This document shows positions 19,016 through 26,576 of a stretch of 64,000 nt of DNA, one piece after another. Made by a program: the position numbers and the translations under genes. The stretch is from Nitrospinales bacterium (GTDB lineage Bacteria; Nitrospinota; Nitrospinia; Nitrospinales; VA-1), in NCBI GenBank assembly GCA_965223795.1, contig CBDCXL010000002.1, forward strand, positions 577,036 through 641,035, given 5' to 3'. The notes beneath the pieces were generated by a model, which saw only the letters and a list, made by a program, of their open reading frames with translations, did no database searches and was not told the DNA's origin. The stretch's first letter is position 1; every line of letters begins with the position of its first letter.

Positions 19016-19764
19016 TGAAAACCCTCAGGCTCATTTTTGACACGGTCCGCTTCTGGCTGCTGATCATCCTGCTCTCCATTCTGCTCGGGATCATCAGCGT
19101 CCTGGTGGGCCTGTTCGACTCCACCGGCAATTTCTCCCACCGCGTGGCCAGCCTGTGGGCGCGCCTGCTCTGCCGCTTAAGCGGCGTTCCCATCGCGGTG
19201 AGCGGCCTGGAGCACGTGTTTCGCGACCGGGCGCAGATCTTCGTGGCCAACCACCAGAGCTATTTCGACATTTTCGCGCTGGCGGGCTACCTGCCGGTGC
19301 AGATCCGCTGGGTGGCCAAGGCCAGCCTGTTCCGCATTCCGTTTCTGGGCTGGTCGATGCGGGCGGCGGGCTACATCCCGGTGGAGCGGGAAAACCGCAA
19401 AAAAGCCTACCAGTCCTTTCTGACGACGGTGGACAAGATCAAATCGGGCTGTTCGGTGGTGGTGTTTCCGGAGGGAACGCGCTCGACGGACGGCACTCTG
19501 GGGGCGTTCAAGAAGGGCAGCCATCTTCTGGCGGTGCGGTCGAAAGCGCCGATGCTGCCGGTCACCATCGTGGGCAGCGGACGGATCATCAAGAAGAAGA
19601 GCATGTGGATCCGGCCGGGCCCGATCCGCATCGTCATCTCACCGCCGGTGACGCTGGACGACAACAATTCCGGCGACGGGGAAGCCGTTCTGGGATCGAT
19701 CCGCGAGACCATCCTTGCAAACTACAACGCGATGGAAGCCGATCTGCACGCCGCCGGCCGGTGA
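19015..19764 (+). CDS. plsC: 1-acyl-sn-glycerol-3-phosphate acyltransferase
   Basis: 249 aa. The NHQSYFD (HX4D) motif lies at residues 79-85, and FPEGTRS is present. The TTG start at 19015 gives the usual N-terminal TM helix and the usual distance to HX4D. Confidence 0.85.
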   Translation: MKTLRLIFDTVRFWLLIILLSILLGIISVLVGLFDSTGNFSHRVASLWARLLCRLSGVPIAVSGLEHVFRDRAQIFVANHQSYFDIFALAGYLPVQIRWVAKASLFRIPFLGWSMRAAGYIPVERENRKKAYQSFLTTVDKIKSGCSVVVFPEGTRSTDGTLGAFKKGSHLLAVRSKAPMLPVTIVGSGRIIKKKSMWIRPGPIRIVISPPVTLDDNNSGDGEAVLGSIRETILANYNAMEADLHAAGR

Positions 19765-19774
19765 AAATCCTTCC

Positions 19775-20299
19775 TTACGCGGTTTTTTCTTTCTGGATGA
19801 AATCCCAGACTTCGCGCGGGTGGTCCCTGAGATCCTCGATGTTGCGCCAGACGGCGCGGATCATGCCGGTCTTGTCGATGACGAAGGTGGTGCGGTCGAT
19901 CACCTTCACCATGGTGCCGAGATCGTCCACCTCTTTGATGACGCCGTAGGCGTCGGTGGTCTTCTTGTATTCGTCGGCGATCAGGGTGAAACCGAGCTGG
20001 TACACTTCGATGAACTGCTGGTGGGAATTGACCCCGTTCCAGCTGCATCCCAGCACTTCCACTTCGCGGGTCTTGAATTTGCGGTTCCATTCGTTGAAAC
20101 CGATCATCAGACGGGTGTCTTCCGGTGAGCTGTCCTGGGCGTAAAACGCCAGCACGACCCATTTTTTATCCTGGAAGTCCTTGAGTTTGACAATCACCTT
20201 TTCTTCAGCGGAGGGGCTGGTCGCTCCCGCCTTGTAACCGTATACGGCGGGGAGCTCGAACGCAGGGGCCCTATCGCCGACTTCCAATTCATTGGCCAT
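19775..20299 (-). CDS. peroxiredoxin-fold (BCP/AhpC-TSA-like) protein lacking the peroxidatic cysteine
   Basis: 174 aa. It aligns to BCP, but the TPGC(T) active-site motif reads SPED(T), with a GAC codon at 20119-20117. The conserved Arg context DRTTFVID is retained. Confidence 0.7.
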   Translation of the reverse strand: MANELEVGDRAPAFELPAVYGYKAGATSPSAEEKVIVKLKDFQDKKWVVLAFYAQDSSPEDTRLMIGFNEWNRKFKTREVEVLGCSWNGVNSHQQFIEVYQLGFTLIADEYKKTTDAYGVIKEVDDLGTMVKVIDRTTFVIDKTGMIRAVWRNIEDLRDHPREVWDFIQKEKTA

Positions 20300-20347
20300 T
20301 TAGAAACCTCGGGGTTTGGGGGAAAATTGCGCGGATGCCGGTAAGGC

Positions 20348-20668
20348 TCAGTCGCCGAAAGCGGCTTTGAGCAGAGGCTCCACTTCCCCTTTGGCTTCCA
20401 TCTCGTCCAGAATGTCGGTGTCGCCGTAAAACTTGCCGTCGATGAACACCTTGGGGAGGGTCGGCCAGTTGGTCATCTTGTTCAAGGCTTCGCGCTTGGG
20501 CATGTTTTCCAGCACGTTGACCACCTCGAAGGGATATCCGTACTTGGCGAAAAACTGGATCGTCTCCACGGTGAAACCGCACTGCGGCGCGTTTTTGGTG
20601 CCCTTGCCGTAAATCAGAATCTTGTTCTGCGCAACTTCTTCCTTGATTTCACTTTCGATGTCGGACAT
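20348..20668 (-). CDS. grxD: monothiol glutaredoxin (Grx4/GrxD family; CGFT variant of CGFS)
   Basis: 106 aa (KILIYGKGTKNAPQCGFTVETIQFF ... WPTLPKVFIDGKFYGDTDIL). Confidence 0.88.
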   Translation of the reverse strand: MSDIESEIKEEVAQNKILIYGKGTKNAPQCGFTVETIQFFAKYGYPFEVVNVLENMPKREALNKMTNWPTLPKVFIDGKFYGDTDILDEMEAKGEVEPLLKAAFGD

Positions 20669-20735
20669 GTTCGCTCTCCTGAATATAGTCTTTAAAAAAA
20701 GTTTATCGAATTGGGTGACGCGGGAATCGACCGGT

Positions 20736-20969
20736 TCAGCCCGGCAGGGCCGTCTTGATCTCGGCTGCGTGGATGCGCCCGTCCTGCATGGCTTCGTTGA
20801 GGGACTCCTGGACGGCGCGGTGCCGGGACATCAGATCCATGCTTTCGAATTCCTTGGAAGTCACATGGATGATGAAATGGTCCTTCATGCCCGTTTTGTC
20901 CATGACCTGGACTTCGGCATCGGGTATCTTGGTTTTGACCAAACCGATTAAATTCTCAATGCTGATCAT
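20736..20969 (-). CDS. bolA: BolA family protein
   Basis: 77 aa. The BolA pattern is DHFIIHVTSKEFESMDLMSRHRAVQESL ... IHAAEIKT. Confidence 0.85.
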   Translation of the reverse strand: MISIENLIGLVKTKIPDAEVQVMDKTGMKDHFIIHVTSKEFESMDLMSRHRAVQESLNEAMQDGRIHAAEIKTALPG

Positions 20970-21205
20970 GTCGCCTCGTTTCTCCTTTTTGAGAGTATGC
21001 GCTTCATTTTATTAGGTATTGGATTCAAAATGCATTAAAAAGATTTTTAACTTTTCCCGCTCTTTCCACAGCCTGAGGAAGCCTGCGCGCCGCGCCAGCG
21101 GAATTACAATAAGATATTGATTTTTATAGACTTAAAATGACATCCGGCGGCCGGACAGCGGGACTCCAGGCGGGCTGCGGGTTGGCGCTTCACTCGGTTT
21201 TTGAG

Positions 21206-21266
21206 TATAATATATGAATCCGCGGCCGGTTGAAACCATCTTAACTCAAGCGGCGGTTGAAACCAT
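21206..21266 (+). promoter_or_regulatory. candidate erpA promoter (-10 TATAAT) followed by two 13-bp direct repeats
   Basis: TATAAT lies at 21206-21211. CGGTTGAAACCAT occurs at 21227-21239 and again at 21254-21266, just upstream of the AGGAGG Shine-Dalgarno and the ATG at 21284. Confidence 0.35.
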
Positions 21267-21283
21267 TTCAGCAGGAGGCGTCA

Positions 21284-21625
21284 ATGAGCGTTGCATCGGA
21301 TTTTGTCAAAATCACCCCGAAAGCCTGTGAGGAAGTGAAACGTCTCATCAAGGCGGAAGGCAAACCCGAAATCGGTCTGCGTCTGGGTGTCAAGGGCGGC
21401 GGCTGCTCGGGGTTGTCCTACGACCTTCAGTTCACCCCGCAGGAAAAAGGCGACACAATTCTTGAGGGAGACGGGTTTCAGGTCTTCATGGACGCCAAGA
21501 GCATGATCTACCTGAAAGGCATGCAGCTGGATTTTCAGGACGGGCTTCAGGGCAAGGGTTTCGTGTTCGTCAACCCCAACGCTTCGTCCACCTGCGGCTG
21601 CGGCGAGTCGTTTTCCATCGCCTGA
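21284..21625 (+). CDS. erpA: A-type Fe-S cluster carrier/insertion protein (ErpA/IscA, HesB family)
   Basis: 113 aa. It has GGGCSG and the C-terminal CGCGESF motif. An AGGAGG Shine-Dalgarno sits 7 nt upstream. Confidence 0.88.
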   Translation: MSVASDFVKITPKACEEVKRLIKAEGKPEIGLRLGVKGGGCSGLSYDLQFTPQEKGDTILEGDGFQVFMDAKSMIYLKGMQLDFQDGLQGKGFVFVNPNASSTCGCGESFSIA

Positions 21626-21669
21626 TTTTCCGGCCGGACGCGTTTCATTCCGGCGGCGCACTTCCACCC

Positions 21670-21706
21670 GGCGGGAACGGGCAGTCTTCGCGTTTCCGCC
21701 TTTTTT
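21670..21706 (+). terminator. rho-independent terminator downstream of erpA
   Basis: The stem GGCGGGAACG / CGTTTCCGCC pairs at 9/10 positions and is followed by T6. Confidence 0.7.
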
Positions 21707-21723
21707 ACGAATCCACCTTGTGA

Positions 21724-21751
21724 GCGCATTGCGGCCCGAATGCGCTTTTTT
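21724..21751 (+). terminator. second hairpin plus T-run immediately upstream of ygfZ
   Basis: A GCGCATT / AATGCGC stem is followed by T6 and ends 12 nt before the ATG at 21763. Confidence 0.4.
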
Positions 21752-21762
21752 CATTTCTTGCC

Positions 21763-23469
21763 ATGAACCCGCAATTTGAGGAGGAGCACCGGCGTATCCG
21801 TGAGAACTGGGGCTACTTCCCCCTGGACGACTGGTGCTGCGTGCGCGCCTCGGGTGCGGACGTGTTCGATTTCCTGCAAACCCAGACCACCAACGACGTC
21901 ATGCAGCTGCCGGTCGGCGAAGGGCAGAACAGCGCCATCACCGACCGCAAGGCGAAGCTGATCGCCGCGTTTTCGCTGCACCGGCAAGGGGAAGACGCGG
22001 TGGTGTTCTTCCTGGAAGCGGTGCTCAAGGACGCTCTGACCGCGCATCTCAACTCCTTTCTGTTTCGCGAGCAGGTGGTGATCGAGCCTGTGGAGCTGAC
22101 TCTTGTAGCGGTGCAGGGCCCCAAGAGCGCCCTGGTGCTGGAATCTCTGGGCAGCGCGGCGCTGCCGGAAAAACCCAACAGCATCGCGGCCTTCCGATTT
22201 GAAGAAGACGCGGGTATCGTGATCAACAAATCGCTGACCGGGGAGGAAGGGTTCGTGGTGGGTGTTTCGCCCGAACGGGCAAACTCCTTCATTTCAGCGC
22301 TATCGGCCGCGGACACCGGCGCATCCGCCATTTCCAGGGAAACGCTGGAGGTGCTTCGCATCGAGGCGGGGATTCCGCTGTTCGGAAAAGACATGGACAA
22401 CTCCCACGTACTGCCGGAAACGGGTCTGGAGCACAGCTCGGTGAGCTACAACAAGGGCTGCTACATCGGCCAGGAGGTGATCGCCCGCATCAAGACCTAC
22501 GGGGCGCCCAATTTCGCGCTGATGGGGCTTGTGCTCGAGGACGGCCCCCTGCCCGCTCCCGATACGGTTGTGAAGCTCAAGGATAAAAAGATCGGCACGG
22601 TCAAAAGCTCGACATTTTCCCCCTCTTTGGGAAAGAACATCGCCCTGGCCTACGTGCAAAAGGATCACCGCAGCCCGGACGTGACGCTTTCGGTCACGCT
22701 GGGCGAGACGGAAACCCAGGTGACGACCCACCTGTTGCCGTTTTACCAGCCGCGCACGCGCACGGACCATTCGAAGCGGCTTTTGGAAAAGGCGCTCGCC
22801 ATCTACAAAGAGGAAGAGGATCTCGACCGGCCCATTGCCCTGCTTCGGGAAGCCATCGCCATCGACCCCAAGCACGCACAGGCCTACGAGGCGCTGGGCG
22901 TGTTTCTCTCCAAACAGAACAAGCTGGATGAGGCCATCGCGTTGATGAAGCGGCTGGTCGAGATCGACCCCAAGGAAATCATGGCGCACTCCAACCTTTC
23001 GATCTACTACATGAAGCAGGGACGCATCGAGGATGCGGAGATGGAAAAGGGGGAAGCCACGGCCATCGAGTTTGAACGCCTGGTCGAGCAGAACATGGCG
23101 AAAAAGAAAAAGCAGCAGCAGGACGCGGAAGCGCAAAAGGAGCGGGAGCGAAAAATCGAGATGTTCAAGAAGGTGCTGGAAATCGATCCCATCGATCAGG
23201 TGGCCAATTTCGGGCTGGGCTCCATCTACCTGGAAACCGGGCGCCCGCAGGAGGCGCTGGCGCCGCTTGAGACCGTGATCCGCGAGAACAAGGATTATTC
23301 CGCCGCCTATCTGCTTCTGGGCAAGAACCTGGAAAAGCTGGACAGGCTGGATGAGGCCATCGAGGTGTACCGCCAGGGCATCGCCGCCGCATCCAAAAAA
23401 GGCGACCTCATGCCGCTCAAGGACATGCAGAACCGGCTCAACCGGCTGCTGCACCCGCAGGAACCCTGA
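21763..23469 (+). CDS. ygfZ: YgfZ/CAF17 (IBA57-like) folate-binding Fe-S maturation protein fused to a C-terminal TPR domain
   Basis: 568 aa. The N-terminal ~335 aa form a GcvT-like fold carrying the family signature KGCYIGQE. The C-terminal ~230 aa are TPR repeats (for example AIDPKHAQAYEALGVFLSKQNKLDEAIALMKRLVEIDP). Confidence 0.8.
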   Translation: MNPQFEEEHRRIRENWGYFPLDDWCCVRASGADVFDFLQTQTTNDVMQLPVGEGQNSAITDRKAKLIAAFSLHRQGEDAVVFFLEAVLKDALTAHLNSFLFREQVVIEPVELTLVAVQGPKSALVLESLGSAALPEKPNSIAAFRFEEDAGIVINKSLTGEEGFVVGVSPERANSFISALSAADTGASAISRETLEVLRIEAGIPLFGKDMDNSHVLPETGLEHSSVSYNKGCYIGQEVIARIKTYGAPNFALMGLVLEDGPLPAPDTVVKLKDKKIGTVKSSTFSPSLGKNIALAYVQKDHRSPDVTLSVTLGETETQVTTHLLPFYQPRTRTDHSKRLLEKALAIYKEEEDLDRPIALLREAIAIDPKHAQAYEALGVFLSKQNKLDEAIALMKRLVEIDPKEIMAHSNLSIYYMKQGRIEDAEMEKGEATAIEFERLVEQNMAKKKKQQQDAEAQKERERKIEMFKKVLEIDPIDQVANFGLGSIYLETGRPQEALAPLETVIRENKDYSAAYLLLGKNLEKLDRLDEAIEVYRQGIAAASKKGDLMPLKDMQNRLNRLLHPQEP

Positions 23470-23497
23470 TTCCCATACCCCCCGCGGGACTCCCCGC

Positions 23498-25198
23498 TCA
23501 GGATCGGCACTGCTCTCCGGGATTGTTCAGATAGGCCCAAAGGTCGGTCCCCGGCATCAGCACGCCTTTTTTGATCAGCCCCTGATTGACGGTCTCGCCG
23601 TGGTCCATGAGGAACCAGAACTTGAGCAGGATTTTCTCCTCGGGCGTGGTGTGGGGGTCTTCCCAGTTCGGCACGGAGCGGTGACTGGCGTGCGCATCCA
23701 ACAGTTCCTGAGGGATCGTGAGCCGTTTCTTTTTGATGAAGGCGTGATAGCCCTCGATGAGGATGGGTTTGAAGTCTTTGCGGCTGATTTTGATCAGCTC
23801 GGACACGCTGGGAACGCCTTCGGCGTGGAACTCGAAAAATTTGAGCTTGTAGTACTGGTGGATGGTCTCCAGCCGGAAATAGCAGTGCAGGTCCACCACA
23901 TCCGGACCGTACAGGCGGATCAGGTAGTCGCGGATCAGGGATTTGCCGACCTTGAGCAGCAGTTTGTTGAGGCGGCCGCGCTCGAAGAGATGGATACGCA
24001 CGGTGCTCAGGTGCTTCAGGCACTGGGCCTCGATGTCTTTGCGGATTTTTTCGGACTGGGCCGGGATGCGGTACCAGTAGATCTCTTCCCGCGCCACGTT
24101 GAGAGCGGAATTGAACGCTTCGTAAATCTGCTGATTGTTGGACCGCTTGGCCTGACGCGCGATCTTATAGGAGCTTTCTTTTGTGAAACCCAGCTCAATC
24201 AATTGATCCTGAAACTCCTTGCGGCTGCCCATGAGAAAGCCGCCGCGTTCTTTGATGTGGTCTTTGGCTTTTTGCACTCCCCGCAGCGCCAGGCTCACGT
24301 CGCGGGGAATCAGCTTCAAATCGTAACTTCGGGCGAATTTGTGGATCTCTTCCAGAGTCTTGAAATTGAGCTTGTCGATGTATAAGAACTTTTGAATGCT
24401 TTGCTCGGTGAAACCGCATTCCTCAAAAATCCGGATCTTCTTGTACTTGACTTCCTCCCAGTACTTGCGCGTGCCCTCTTTCTTCCTGAACTGGGCCTGG
24501 ATTTCGGACTTGGCCTTGAAAAAATAGCTGCGCAGCAGATACCATTTGATTTTCAAGGTGGACTCGATGATCCACCGGTATTTGGGGGTGAGGATGTTGA
24601 GCTTGGGATCTTCGAGAAGCTCCATCTCCTCGGTCTCCAGGATGTACTCCAGAAGCTCCAGATGCCTTTCGAGCAGGATGGGATTGATCTGCTCGATGAA
24701 TTTCCGGTAGATGGTTTTCCAGCGGAAAGGTTCAAACTGGGTAGCCGGTTCGCCGCCTTCGGCTGCATCCTGAATCCGGCTTTTGATTTTCTGCACGCCC
24801 ACTTGCTCGATCTTTTCGAACAATTCGTCGCGGGCGACGATATCACGGATTTTCAGCTGTTTCAGACGGCTGATGACGTCGGGGATGCGTTCGTTTAAGG
24901 CCTCATCGATTTCCCTGTAGGTCTGGATGGGAAGGAAATACAGCTCTTCGAGCAAGCCATTGACGTTTTCCAGGGAAACGTCCGTCTTTTTCGCGAGCTG
25001 GCGGTAGAGATCGAAATCGAGGATCTTGTCGCCGGTCTGGCAGGCGCGGATGTCCTTCAGGAAGCTTCTGGCTTTTTTCAGCTCCTCTCTTTGGGCATAG
25101 GGATCGTTGATGATCCTCAAAAAGAGATATTCCGCCCTTTGCAGATCCCTTTGAGCAAGGAGTTCCAGTCCCTGCGTCATGGGGTCGAATACGAACAT
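23498..25198 (-). CDS. hypothetical 566-aa Lys/Glu-rich helical protein
   Basis: A GGGAGGAAG Shine-Dalgarno precedes the ATG at 25198; the track start at 25318 adds 40 aa. I recognise no motifs. A terminator separates it from nxrC. Confidence 0.6.
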   Translation of the reverse strand: MFVFDPMTQGLELLAQRDLQRAEYLFLRIINDPYAQREELKKARSFLKDIRACQTGDKILDFDLYRQLAKKTDVSLENVNGLLEELYFLPIQTYREIDEALNERIPDVISRLKQLKIRDIVARDELFEKIEQVGVQKIKSRIQDAAEGGEPATQFEPFRWKTIYRKFIEQINPILLERHLELLEYILETEEMELLEDPKLNILTPKYRWIIESTLKIKWYLLRSYFFKAKSEIQAQFRKKEGTRKYWEEVKYKKIRIFEECGFTEQSIQKFLYIDKLNFKTLEEIHKFARSYDLKLIPRDVSLALRGVQKAKDHIKERGGFLMGSRKEFQDQLIELGFTKESSYKIARQAKRSNNQQIYEAFNSALNVAREEIYWYRIPAQSEKIRKDIEAQCLKHLSTVRIHLFERGRLNKLLLKVGKSLIRDYLIRLYGPDVVDLHCYFRLETIHQYYKLKFFEFHAEGVPSVSELIKISRKDFKPILIEGYHAFIKKKRLTIPQELLDAHASHRSVPNWEDPHTTPEEKILLKFWFLMDHGETVNQGLIKKGVLMPGTDLWAYLNNPGEQCRS

Positions 25199-25367
25199 GT
25201 TCTTCCTCCCGCACTCAATCCGGGCTGTTCCGGTCAAGTCTGGGTCTAAGGGTCTTCTCCCCGGCCGACGAGGCGGCCCAAGCAATTTACTGATAGGCTG
25301 ACAGCAGCGTGAAACCAACGGGCAGGATTATCAATAAATTAAGATTTGCTCTTTTTTTTAGATGCGT

Positions 25368-25405
25368 GATTTTTGAGCCGGGTTTTTAATAATGACTCAA
25401 AAATC
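25368..25405. promoter_or_regulatory. 10-bp perfect inverted repeat in the AT-rich region upstream of the 566-aa gene
   Basis: GATTTTTGAG (25368-25377) and CTCAAAAATC (25396-25405) are separated by an 18-nt spacer. Confidence 0.3.
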
Positions 25406-25445
25406 TCATAATTTTTCCGGGGAGATGGGGCGGGAGGGGGCAGGC

Positions 25446-25484
25446 AAAAAAAACCGGGACGGCCTGCAAAGCAGACCGCCCCGG
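25446..25484 (-). terminator. rho-independent terminator ending the nxr operon
   Basis: On the minus strand, a CCGGGGCGGTC / GGCCGTCCCGG stem pairs at 9/11 positions and is followed by T8. Confidence 0.8.
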
Positions 25485-25519
25485 ATTTTTAAAACTCAAT
25501 CGGTCACAAGGAAAAAAGC

Positions 25520-26521
25520 TCAGTACTGCAGCTCATGCCACTGGGTGACGCCTTTCTGACCGTTTCTTTCTTTGTTCTGACCGTTCCAGATCGCGAATGC
25601 GATCGGGGTTTTGCCACTCGAAAACTGAGTGTCGTTCTGGTCATCGGTTTTGAGAGCGCGTTTGTAGACTACGCCCCAGCGGTCATTGCTCCAGTTGCCT
25701 TCACCGTCCACATCCTGATTCGCCTGAGTGGTCAGCGTGCTGAACCCTTCGGCATTCAGGTCTTCAACAGGCGATACGCGCATGGATGCTTCGGAGAGGA
25801 TGTTACCGGTAGCACGACCGGGATTGAACACGCCCTCGTCTTTACCCATGCCGAAATCGACGTAGGTGCTGCGCTTGGAGATGTCGCTGGCTCCGCCGGA
25901 CTCGATGCCGGCCGCGTTCCGCTTGGACTTGCTGCCGGAAGCGTGCTGGGTGTCGAGACCTTTGAGTGCACCATCAGGCTCATACATGTAGTAACTGCCG
26001 GAACCCATGGCCATGTACTTGTACTGATCTTCCATGTCCAGCATTCCCTTGTTACCGGTTTTCCCTGCGCCTTCTTTATTCCAGGTCGCTTTCCACTGCC
26101 AGATGTTGACCCGCTCGCCGTCACCACCCATGGTGAACGGAGGCTCTTCACCGGTCTGGTTCACAGGAAACATGATCGCACCCTGGTCCCTGTACTGCTG
26201 GGACTGCACCATGATGTCGTTTCTTGTGGGATCGGTCCAGGAAACCCGGATTGCGATTTCCTTGCCATTGGTGGCGGCTTTCACATTGACCCACTTGGTC
26301 GCGGGATTCGGCCACATGGGATTGGTGATCATCTGCGGATCCAGATCGATGACCACGTGTTTGCCCTTGGTGGGACCGTAATTGGACCAGAAAGGATCGG
26401 TCGGATCAATGGGGATTTCGCCCTGAACTTTCAATGCCTTGATCGTGGCCGCGCCAGCGCTGGACGCAAACAGACCGAGCATCAAAGCTGAAATTAAAAT
26501 GAGTAGATACGTCTTCTTCAC
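25520..26521 (-). CDS. nxrC: NxrC-like gamma subunit (type II DMSO-reductase-family heme-b subunit, EbdC/DdhC-like) with Sec signal peptide
   Basis: 333 aa. The signal peptide is MKKTYLLILISALMLGLFASSAGA. The EB_dh-like region is PFWSNYGP ... AIRVSWTDPTRNDIM ... DQGAIMFPVNQ. It is the last gene of the operon. Confidence 0.7.
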   Translation of the reverse strand: MKKTYLLILISALMLGLFASSAGAATIKALKVQGEIPIDPTDPFWSNYGPTKGKHVVIDLDPQMITNPMWPNPATKWVNVKAATNGKEIAIRVSWTDPTRNDIMVQSQQYRDQGAIMFPVNQTGEEPPFTMGGDGERVNIWQWKATWNKEGAGKTGNKGMLDMEDQYKYMAMGSGSYYMYEPDGALKGLDTQHASGSKSKRNAAGIESGGASDISKRSTYVDFGMGKDEGVFNPGRATGNILSEASMRVSPVEDLNAEGFSTLTTQANQDVDGEGNWSNDRWGVVYKRALKTDDQNDTQFSSGKTPIAFAIWNGQNKERNGQKGVTQWHELQY

Positions 26522-26576
26522 AGTATTCTCTCCTCGTTAGCAAACAGATTAATCAAGTCAATCGAGGAAAAGCCCG

